Of a stretch of 59,930 nucleotides of DNA, positions 49,743-59,930 are shown piece by piece. Positions within the stretch are counted from its first letter, which is position 1. Each line of letters starts with the position of its first letter. A program made the position numbers and the translations under genes. Origin of the DNA: Octopus bimaculoides (lineage: Eukaryota); contig NC_068992.1 of the NCBI RefSeq assembly GCF_001194135.2, positions 55,679,064 through 55,738,993 on the forward strand. Direction: 5' to 3'. The notes below the pieces were generated by a model that was not told the DNA's origin, ran no database searches, and was given only the letters and a program-made list of their open reading frames with translations.

Positions 49743-49931
49743 CTGTTTCAACTGCATATTACATGATCCACATTTCCGGAAGGATATATTTTGGAGAGTT
49801 ATAGTTGCAATTATATTCTCACCGGGTACAAAAATCTGTTTCTTAAGCATTAGGGAACAAGAAACATGGCCTGTTTGACAACAGCCATTACCAAGGCTCT
49901 TCTCAGTATAATCCTCAATTGGTGAGTACAC
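49743..49931 (-). CDS. ARRDC: Alpha-arrestin (arrestin-domain protein) internal exon, start of arrestin-C domain
   Basis: Acceptor ctttctacttgcAG, donor CAG|GTGAGA. 189 nt, phase 0-0. Encodes VYSPIEDYTEKSLGNGCCQTGHVSCSLMLKKQIFVPGENIIATITLQNISFRKCGSCNMQLKQ, matching the ARRDC pattern K.L.C.CC.SGP......K.G..PGE.I.....I.N.S. Symbol is family-level only. Confidence 0.9.
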
Positions 49932-50158
49932 CTGCAAGTAGAAAGGCATCAAAATACTAATTAATTAATGGGAAAACACCTGGCAGCAAAGAAGAGAGTA
50001 AGATATTAACAGGAGTAAGGACAATACCAAAGAATAAGAAGTAAAAGTATTAGTCAAATTATTATTTAATATGAAATTGTATCTTAAGGCGGTGAGCTAG
50101 TAGACTCATTAGCATACTGGGAAAAATGCATTTCATCTATCCTTACATTCTGAGTGTC

Positions 50159-50538
50159 GAGGCGCAATGGCTCAGTGGTTAGGGCAGCGGACTCGCGGTC
50201 ATAGGATCGCGGTTTCCATTCCCAGACCGAGCGTTGTGAGTGTTTATTGAGCGAAAAACACCTAAAGCTCCACGAGGCTCCGACAGGGGATGGTGGCGAA
50301 CCCTGCTGTACTCTTTCACCACAACTTTCTCTCACTCTTACTTCCTGTTTCTGTTGTGCCTGTAATTCGAAAGGGTCAGCCTTGTCACACTGTGTCACAC
50401 TGAATCTCCCCGAGAACTACGTTAAGGGTACACGTGTCTGTGGAGTGCTCAGTCACTTGCACGTTAATTTCACGAGCAGGCTGTTCCGTTGATCGGATCA
50501 ACTGGAACTCTCGGCGTCGTAAGCGACGGAGTGCCAAC
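50159..50538 (+). mobile_element. SINE family B, full length
   Basis: GAGGCGCAATGGCTCAGTGGTTAG head through GTGCCAAC tail; follows a family A head at 50085-50155. Confidence 0.92.
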
Positions 50539-51119
50539 ATACATGGGTATATGTGTAGTAACTCCAGTGTGTAAGTGCATGGAAGTAAATACACTGATGG
50601 AAATATGAAGATGCATGTGTCTATGAACATGGGTCTTTCTTTCCCTCTAGCTCTGTGCATGTGTGTGTGTGTGTGTATGAATGTGTGTGCGTGTGTGTGT
50701 GAGTTTATCCATCTGTATGTGTCTGTTGTCAACAAAGTCCGGTGAAGTAACACGGGAAATGTCAAATATTTGGCTCAGATCCCAATGCAGAATAAACAGT
50801 TTTTCTAAAGTACATTAATAGTTGTTTGTGGTGTAGTAGTATTGCGGTGTTGTTTGTTTGTTTTTGTTGGTTTTTTTTTTGTTGCTTTTTTGTTTTGTTT
50901 TGTTTTGGGTTTTTTTTTTGCAATGGCTGAGGTATCATCTTAATCCCCATTGCCAACAGTGGCATCATAATCGTCACTGTCGCATTCATCCCCCTTATTA
51001 TCATCATCATCATCCTACTACCATTGCCACTACCATCACCACCACCACAACCATCACCACCACAACCATCATTATCATCATCATCATCATTGTCATCATC
51101 ATTATCATTACCATTGTTG

Positions 51120-51162
<43 letters not shown>

Positions 51163-51959
51163 TGTCACTACCACCACCAACATCATCATCATCATCATCA
51201 CCGTCACCAATATCCTATTACTACAATCATCACCGCCATCATCATCATCACCACCACCACCACTACCACCACTTTCATGTTGATTATGGGGAGGAGGATG
51301 AAGGGGAAGAGGAGAAGGGAAATGGATAGCAATCTAGACGCGAGGCCTTATTAGAGTAAGTTTCTATAATTGCGAGCGGATTGTTAAACACTAATCTACC
51401 GAGCTTTCAGACGATTCCCTCATGATAGTCGACAACAAGGCAATTTCCCTCACAAGATCCATCACAATTAATTTNNNNNNNNNNNNNNNNNNNNNNNNNN
51501 NNNNNNNNNNNNNNNNNNNNNNNNNNNNNNNNNNNNNNNNNNNNNNNNNNNNNNNNNNNNNNNNNNNNNNNNNNNNNNNNNNNNNNNNNNNNNNNNNNNN
51601 NNNNNNNNNNNNNNNNNNNNNNNNNNNNNNNNNNNNNNNNNNNNNNNNNNNNNNNNNNNNNNNNNNNNNNNNNNNNNNNNNNNNNNNNNNNNNNNNNNNN
51701 NNNNNNNNNNNNNNNNNNNNNNNNNNNNNNNNNNNNNNNNNNNNNNNNNNNNNNNNNNNNNNNNNNNNNNNNNNNNNNNNNNNNNNNNNNNNNNNNNNNN
51801 NNNNNNNNNNNNNNNNNNNNNNNNNNNNNNNNNNNNNNNNNNNNNNNNNNNNNNNNNNNNNNNNNNNNNNNNNNNNNNNNNNNNNNNNNNNNNNNNNNNN
51901 NNNNNNNNNNNNNNNNNNNNNNNNNNNNNNNNNNNNNNNNNNNNNNNNNNNNNNNNNNA

Positions 51960-52370
51960 AATGCCCTGATCCAGGACCCTGATGCAGTACCAATACCCTG
52001 ATGCAGTACCAATGCCCTGATGCAGTACCAGGCAGTGGCTCTCATGGCTTCTGACCTTAACAAATTGGAAGTCTTATCATGTACATATTTTGTCTTTGTG
52101 TAAAAGATGGCCTACAGCAAATATTCTGCTCAATACCACAGATTTGCTTCTCAGTTGTTTGACCTGAACCAGTTGAGCATGTCCCTTGGTGGTTGATGAT
52201 ACGTGCATCTCTGATCAGGAGTAGAAGTAGTGGGGGAACATCATAGCCATGTGTTGAGAGGAATTCTTTGGGGTTTAAATAATTCACCTTTGGAAACATG
52301 GGTGTTTCATTCAACGTCCTTAAACAAACCTTATTCAGGGACTTTTTGAGCAGGATGGGCAACTTGACAA
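51960..52370. repeat. Unclassified interspersed-repeat-like segment with a 19-bp tandem array
   Basis: CCCTGATGCAGTACCAAT repeated about 3 times at 51978-52030; the rest is GC-richer than its flanks with no recognisable protein motif. Confidence 0.45.
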
Positions 52371-53129
52371 TTTTTTAGATGGTTGCAAGTTTATATAGAA
52401 TCATAACAATTAGTGTTCCATTATAAATTGTATATTCTGCATTATTTTCATTTAAAAACACCTTTTAGTTCTTCTGGATAAGGCTGGAATTGAGGGAAGG
52501 TGATTTTCCCATTCTCTCAGCAGTTCACTGGTTCATTTATAAATCTAAGACCTTCACAATGGCTACCAAGAATATTCATGTCACTAATGTTGAAACTTCC
52601 AACCATAACTTTACAGTTTTTTTTTTTTTTNNNNNNNNNNACAAAAACAAAAAAAAACTACACTTTTCACTATCTCTTTACCACTGCCACTTCTACCACC
52701 ATCACCACCACCCCCACCACAATCATTATAGTTTTCAGTAACAAAACTCAGTCTAGGTTGTTTGCCAACCAAGATTATTTCATTTCAGTTCAGTTCAGTT
52801 GTTTGTTTATATCTTTTTTTTTTTTTTTGCTGTCAATACAAAGCTTGAATAACAAATTTTAAAAAATAATAACATCCATGGCTATTTTGCTAATGGTTTC
52901 TCACGGCTGGATGCATTTCTTATCACCAATCTTCACCTGTTTCAGGCTGAAGAAATATTTCACAAAAACCAGTCATATTTTTCACATAAGTTTGGTAAGG
53001 AAGGATGCCACTTGCATGACAGTGACACTTATTTACAACAATCACGTGATGTCAAGGCAAGAAGACAGTAACACATGCACACATACCCACTCATGCATGC
53101 ACACACACATATATATATATATACATTGT

Positions 53130-53977
53130 CCTTTATAGGACCGCCTCATTCTGTTGGCAGGCGCAATGGCCAAGTGGTTAGAGCAGCAGACTCACGGTCA
53201 TAGGATCGCGGTTTCGATTCCCAGACTGGGCGTTGTGAGTGTTTATTGAGCGAAAACACCTAAAGCTCCACGAGGCTCCGGCAGGGTATGGTGGCGAACC
53301 CTGCTGTACTCTTTCACCACAACTTTCTCTCACTCTTACTTCCTGTTTCTGTTGTACCTGTATTTCAAAGTGTCAGCCTTGTCACACTATGTCATGCTGA
53401 ATATCCCCGAGAACTACGTTAAGGGTACACATGTCTGTGGAGTGCTTAGCCACTTGCACATTAATTTCACGAGCAGGCTGTTCCATTGATCGGATCAACT
53501 GGAACCCTCAACATCATAAGCGACGGAGTGCCAACAACAAAAATGAGGGTTCCGTTGATCGGATCAACTGGAACCCTCAACATCGTAAGCGACAGAGTGC
53601 CAACAACATTCTGTTGGCAAATAAACTTTACTATTCAGTACTGTTACTGTATATCTATCGCTCAGAGATTTAAAACAAGTCGTTTCTCTCTATACAAGAT
53701 CAGCGACTGTGTGTCGCATAAAGAATATATAGTGTTTGCTAGTGGAGAAAGCTTTCATCAACAGCCAGTGATTGTCTCACATTGAAAACGGGTCACCACC
53801 CAGAAACCATAGTCTGTGAGTATCACATAAGGCTGGAGATGGAAGCAATGACCTCCCTTGCAAACACTATAGACACAGACTGTAGGTCAATAGCCAGCTG
53901 CAAAAGATTTCCTGGGGCTTAAACAACAGCAAATTCATCCTTTATAGGACTGCCACATTCTGTTGGCAAATAAACTT

Positions 53978-53982
<5 letters not shown>
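53130..53982 (-). mobile_element. Unclassified structured repeat unit, copy 2 (349-bp unit plus 44-bp terminal direct repeat, split by a SINE)
   Basis: CCTTTATAGGAC(C/T)GCC(T/A)CATTCTGTTGGCAAATAAACTTTACTA occurs at 53130-53633 (SINE-interrupted) and at 53939-53982; (TA)n on both flanks. Confidence 0.8.
53160..53606 (+). mobile_element. SINE family B with duplicated 3' end and 13-bp TSD
   Basis: TSD CATTCTGTTGGCA at 53147-53159 and 53607-53619; second tail at 53544-53606. Confidence 0.9.
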
Positions 53983-54023
<41 letters not shown>

Positions 54024-54665
54024 GAAAGTTCCAATAGAGGTAGAATCAACAAAAACCTAGAGTCATGTGGTTGGGAAGCAAACTTCTGAGCACACAGCCA
54101 TCACAGCCATTCCTGAGCCTAAGGTCATGTGATATTAACCTGAAGAGATGGTCATAAGTGAAGAGAATTATCTTTCTCCCTTTTGGGTTCAGAGTTTAAC
54201 GTTTTCTTTTATTTCATGAACCATTGATAAATTATTTGAATTATTACAGAAGATAATACAATAGATTTTATATTATTTTTATAGCCAACATTTGTACACA
54301 TCCACACACACCCAGACACTTATGCTTACACTAGCATTACACCCAAATGTTACTGGTCGTTTTCTCACTATCTCTGATATGGTTAGTGAGAGAAAGACAC
54401 AAAGAGACAGGCAGACAGAAACAGAATGAGAGATTTGCATTTTCATGTAATCATGAAATATATAAGGAGTTTTTTTTAACATAAAATGTTAAAGACAGGT
54501 AAAACAAGCTAAAAATGGTTTTTGGTTAAGTGAAGCTAATGTAGAATCCGTCAATGTTATATATGAACTATATCACTGATGCTACATTCTATATATAACT
54601 GAATTAAAATTAATTGAATTAGAAATCTTCAAAAAGCAAATCTACAACTATTAATAGAAAATCAC

Positions 54666-54719
<54 letters not shown>

Positions 54720-54944
54720 TCCGTTTACATATTTGTTTTGCAAGATTTTTTATGTGAAATCGTGTGTTGAAACAGATGTTGTTGTACTTGGGGATGGTCA
54801 TATTGCCAGTTTAGCCAATAAAAACACACGCACTGTATATTTGGTGTTAATTTTTTTTTTTTTTCAGCTTTATATTACATTAATCTTAATCTTAATCTTA
54901 TTTCTACAAAATGCACAATACTTTGCAATAATAATAATAATAAT

Positions 54945-55172
54945 AATATTAATAATCCTTTCTACTGGAAGCACAAAGCTTCAAACTTGGAGGAGGGGAT
55001 TAAGTTGATTATATCGACCCCAGTACGTAACTGGTACTTAATTCATCGACCCTGAAAGGATGAAAGGCAAAGTCAACTTCAGAGGAATTTGAACTCAAAA
55101 CATAAAGACAGAGGAAATGGTGTTAAGCATTTTGCCCAGCATGCTAACGATTCTGCCAGCTTGCCATCTTGG

Positions 55173-55265
<93 letters not shown>

Positions 55266-55544
55266 NNNNNNNNNNNNNNNNNNNNNNNNNNNNNNNNNNN
55301 NNNNNNNNNNNNNNNNNNNNNNNNNNNNNNNNNNNNNNNNNNNNNNNNNNNNNNNNNNNNNNNNNNNNNNNNNNNNNNNNNNNNNNNNNNNNNNNNNNNN
55401 NNNNNNNNNNNNNNNNNNNNNNNNNNNNNNNNNNNNNNNNNNNNNNNNNNNNNNNNNNNNNNNNNNNNNNNNNNNNNNNNNNNNNNNNNNNNNNNNNNNN
55501 NNNNNNNNNNNNNNNNNNNNNNNNNNNNNNNNNNNNNNNNNNNN

Positions 55545-55632
<88 letters not shown>

Positions 55633-55655
55633 TAATAATAATAATAATAATAATG

Positions 55656-55707
<52 letters not shown>

Positions 55708-56317
55708 TAATAATAATCCTTTCTACTGGAGACACAAGGGGAATTTGAACTCAAAACATAAAGACAAACGAATTGTTAGCATGCTAAACAAAATACTTAG
55801 TAGTATTTCACCTGTCACTACGTTCTGAGTTCAAATTCCACCGAGGTCAACTTTGCCTTTCCTCCTTTTGAGGTTGATGAATTAAGTATAATGGTTTCAA
55901 ATTTTGGCACAAGGTCAGCTGTTTTGGGATAAGTTGATTAGGTCGACCCCTGTGTTTAATTGATACTTGTTTTATTAACCCCGAAAAGATGAAAGGTAAA
56001 GTCGACTTCAATGGAATTTGAACTTAGAATGTAAAGATGGACAAAATGCCGTTAAGTATATTTGCCTGGCATGCTAATGATTCTGCCAACTCGCTGCCTT
56101 AATAATCCTTTCTATTATAGGCACAAGTCCTGAAATTTGGGGGAGGGGGATAGTCGATTACATCAACCCCAGTGCGTAACTGGTACTTAATTCATCAACC
56201 CCAAAAGGATGAAAGGCAAAGTCGACCTCGGTGGAATTTGAACTCAGAACGTAACGGCAGATGAAATACTGCTAAGCATTGCATCCAGCATGCTAACGAT
56301 TCTGCCAGCTCACTGCC

Positions 56318-56320
<3 letters not shown>
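54945..56320 (-). mobile_element. Cluster of CpG-decayed SINE family A copies and (AAT)n tracts
   Basis: Copies at about 54945-55152, 55725-55900, 55900-56100 and 56100-56320; (AAT)n at 55175-55715. Confidence 0.8.
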
Positions 56321-56396
<76 letters not shown>

Positions 56397-57632
56397 TGAT
56401 GACAACTACAACAACAACAATGACAACAACAACAACTTTGATGATTTCTTTTATTGGCCAGAAGGACCCAAGACTTGGAGGACAATATCGAAGGACAAGT
56501 TACAGCCCAAAAAAATTACAAAAAATGCTAATAATAATAACAACAACAACAACAACAATAATAATATAATCCCAGGTACCACTGCTCTCATTTTTATCTG
56601 CAGAATAGGTTTTTTTTATGATTTTTGACAATTTTTATTCTCAGAACTAAATACCTAAAAATAAAAAATAAATAAAGAACCACACCCCACACCCCCACCA
56701 AATTTACCCCTCTCAGTAAAAAACTTCAGTTTAATACATGAAATGAAGATATTATCAACATTCAATTTTGTAGAATATTTGGGTAGAGGGCGATACTAGC
56801 ATTGCCTGTCTTTGAAGCTATTGAAAAATTTTCTACTCAAATACAGAAAAAAAAGAAGACTATATTAGGTTGTTTAAGATCTACTGCTAAAATAGCTATT
56901 TTTCAACAAGCAGGATTAGTTCCAACTCAAAAATAGCAGAATCTGGGAAGAATATATTACTAAGTGATCAATTTTAAAGGGAAAAAAAAGAAAAAAGAAA
57001 AGAAAAGAAAGCAATATTATATTTAGCAATCTTCATGAAAGGAACAATTAAAATCCTTTAAAATGATGGTGGTGGTGGTGGTGGTGGTGGCGGCGGCAGT
57101 AGGGTGGTGGTGGCGGCAGTAGGGTGGTGGAGGGTGAGAAGAAGAAGAAGAAGAAGAAGAAGAAGAAGAAGAAGAAGAAGAAGAAGAAGAAGAACCTTAA
57201 TATTATTATTATTAAGCAAACTGCAACAATCGTATCAGTTTTACAGATAGGTTAGACACAGACACCAGAGTATGATGTGAAGCTAAATGCAATTTTCATG
57301 ATATTAATAAAAATACCAACTTGAAATTACATCAGAATTTTACAATGTGTGATGCAGAGGTGGGGATGGGGAGATAACAATAACATATTTAGATTCTCCT
57401 AAAGAAATACCATGAGAAAAAAAGAGTGAGGGCGGGGGAGGGGATAATTATTATTTACTAATGATTTGGTTAATCTAGAATTGTTTCTATCATGAAAAAA
57501 AGAGGCTGTATTTAAATATCAAAAAATATGCACAGATTTGGTCACGTGGGTACAGAGTTCACTTTACTAACGATATGGTCTGTGGTTCTATTTCTGTTGT
57601 GGAAGGATTCAAACCACCCCTAAGTGACTAAA

Positions 57633-57845
57633 AGGCAGTGAGCTGGCAGAAATGCTAGCATGCTGGGCGAAATGCTTAGCAGTATTTCGTCTGTCTTTAC
57701 GTTCTGAGTTCAAATTCCACCGAGGTCGACATTGCCTTTCATCCTTTCGGGGTCGATAAATTAAGTAGCAGTTGTGTACTGGGGTCGATCTAATCGACTA
57801 GCCCCCTCCCCAAAAATTTCGGGCCCTTGTGCCTAGAGTAGAAAA
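57633..57845 (+). mobile_element. SINE family A
   Basis: GGCAGTGAGCTGGCAGAAATGCTAGC head and full core. Confidence 0.88.
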
Positions 57846-58026
57846 GAATATATCGGATGAATGTTGCGTTGTTAACCAATTAGAGGAAATGTCCTCTTGG
57901 GACTAAAAAGTCGCAGTAAAATTTGTTTGTATGGAACAACCATGTTGAAGTGGTGACAAACATTACTTGCCAATACGCACACATTTTGTGAAGAGGAGAA
58001 AAAAGATAGGGAAATTATATAACATG

Positions 58027-58186
58027 TAGGAGTGGCTGTGTGGTAAGTAGCTTGCTTACCAACCACATGGTTCTGGGTTCAGTCCCACTACGTGGAACCT
58101 TGGGCAAGTGTCTTCTACTATAGCCTCAGGCCGACCAAAGCCTTGTGAGTGGATTTGGGAGACGGAAACTGAAAGAAGCCCGTCGT

Positions 58187-58231
<45 letters not shown>

Positions 58232-58312
58232 CATATGTTTGTGTGTCTGTGTTTGTCCCCCCCAACATCGCTTGACAACCGATGCTGGTGTGTTTACGTC
58301 CCCGTCACTTAG
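58027..58312 (+). mobile_element. SINE family C running into a gap
   Basis: AGGAGTGGCTGTGTGGTAAGTAGCTTGC head. Confidence 0.88.
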
Positions 58313-58959
58313 NNNNNNNNNNNNNNNNNNNNNNNNNNNNNNNNNNNNNNNNNNNNNNNNNNNNNNNNNNNNNNNNNNNNNNNNNNNNNNNNNNNNNNNN
58401 NNNNNNNNNNNNNNNNNNNNNNNNNNNNNNNNNNNNNNNNNNNNNNNNNNNNNNNNNNNNNNNNNNNNNNNNNNNNNNNNNNNNNNNNNNNNNNNNNNNN
58501 NNNNNNNNNNNNNNNNNNNNNNNNNNNNNNNNNNNNNNNNNNNNNNNNNNNNNNNNNNNNNNNNNNNNNNNNNNNNNNNNNNNNNNNNNNNNNNNNNNNN
58601 NNNNNNNNNNNNNNNNNNNNNNNNNNNNNNNNNNNNNNNNNNNNNNNNNNNNNNNNNNNNNNNNNNNNNNNNNNNNNNNNNNNNNNNNNNNNNNNNNNNN
58701 NNNNNNNNNNNNNNNNNNNNNNNNNNNNNNNNNNNNNNNNNNNNNNNNNNNNNNNNNNNNNNNNNNNNNNNNNNNNNNNNNNNNNNNNNNNNNNNNNNNN
58801 NNNNNNNNNNNNNNNNNNNNNNNNNNNNNNNNNNNNNNNNNNNNNNNNNNNNNNNNNNNNNNNNNNNNNNNNNNNNNNNNNNNNNNNNNNNNNNNNNNNN
58901 NNNNNNNNNNNNNNNNNNNNNNNNNNNNNNNNNNNNNNNNNNNNNNNNNNNNNNNNNGT

Positions 58960-59159
58960 TTTATCCGTTACTTGTTTCGGTCAATGAACAGCGACCATGC
59001 TGGAGCACTGCCTCCAGGGGTTTATTTGAACAAATCAACTCCATAAATAATTTTTCTGTTTTTTTAAAAATTGGCTGCTGAACCACTAAGTTACAGGGAT
59101 GTAAACAAACCAACAACATGTGTCAAGCATTAATGGGGGACAAACAGCACAAATACAAA

Positions 59160-59197
<38 letters not shown>

Positions 59198-59413
59198 TAC
59201 TTTTATCCTTTTACTTGTTTCAGTCATTTTGACTGTGGCCATACTGGAGCACTGCCTTAAAGGGTTTCAGTTGAACAAATCAACCCCAGGACTTATTTTT
59301 TAAAATCTAGTACTTATTCTGTTGGTCTCTTTTGCCAAACTGCTAAGTTACAGGAAATAAATACACCAACACCAGTTGTCAAGCAGTGGTGGGGAACAAA
59401 CACAGACTCAAAG

Positions 59414-59446
<33 letters not shown>

Positions 59447-59600
59447 CAATAGGCTTCTTTCAGTTTCCATCTACTAAATCCACTCACAAAGCTTTGGTCA
59501 GCCTGAGGCTATAGTAGAAGATACTTGCCCAAGTTGCCAGCAAGTGGGGCTGAACATGGAATCATGCTGTTAGGAAGCAAGCTTCTTGCCTCAAAGCCAC
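58960..59600 (-). mobile_element. Two SINE family C copies
   Basis: Reverse complement of the family C 3' half (58960-59140) and a near-full copy (59200-59600). Confidence 0.85.
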
Positions 59601-59612
59601 ACTTATCATATA

Positions 59613-59930
59613 TCTTAATATATAAAGCTGAAGTTGTGTGTCTGTGTGAAGCCTTTTTAAAAGTTTATAGAAATCCACATTTTCCAATTTTTCGTTAAAA
59701 TTTTTACATCAATGGAATTTTCTCGATCTGAACTTTCCAGTGCAGTAATTAGATTTTTAAAATTCCGTTTACTTTGTGTGATTTAAGGGAGATTTGGCTG
59801 TTGTTTCTAGCAACTTTGATATTTCTTCCCTTCTACCTGGGACAGCGTTCTTACACACGCGCTCAACAGAGAGAGAGAAAGTGATACATACAACGTCATA
59901 GATTAAACTTTCTTCTCAGTATTCTTTACC
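59613..59930 (+). mobile_element. Possible non-autonomous Helitron 5' end
   Basis: A|TCTTAATATATAAAGCTGAAGTTGTGTGTCTGTG resembles Helitron 5' ends; the 3' hairpin/CTRR end is not in the window. Confidence 0.4.

Noticed and set aside
50000-59930. Search for upstream (arrestin-N) exons
   Set aside because: No convincing exon found on the minus strand; candidate acceptors such as the one near 56945 lead to stops in all frames. The exons are probably in gaps or outside the window.

Overview
AT-rich, gap-ridden animal genomic DNA. The SINE, MITE and microsatellite landscape looks like an octopod cephalopod (Octopus-like); this is an inference from repeat style, not a database match. One protein-coding gene is supported: the 3' part of an alpha-arrestin (ARRDC-type) gene on the minus strand, with four exons at 49743-49931, 43264-43440, 42834-42936 and 39969-40216. 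Its N-terminal exons are not visible and probably lie beyond the window or in N gaps. The rest is repeats: several tRNA-derived SINE families, decayed hAT, mariner and DD37D (maT-type) transposons, CR1- and Tx1-type LINE 3' ends, two related solo LTRs in inverted orientation, MITEs/foldbacks and microsatellites. The most interesting unexplained signals are: (i) a 349-bp, hairpin-rich unit present twice in different circular permutations, one copy with a 44-bp terminal redundancy (retrozyme/circular-RNA-like); (ii) minimal hammerhead-ribozyme-like motifs; (iii) an apparent step in CpG decay of repeats at about 20-21 kb; (iv) an arrestin tail with no PPxY motif and possible alternative ends. Repeat boundaries were read by eye and are approximate unless TSD/TIR coordinates are given. 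Almost all ORFs in the supplied track are artefacts of microsatellites or N runs.
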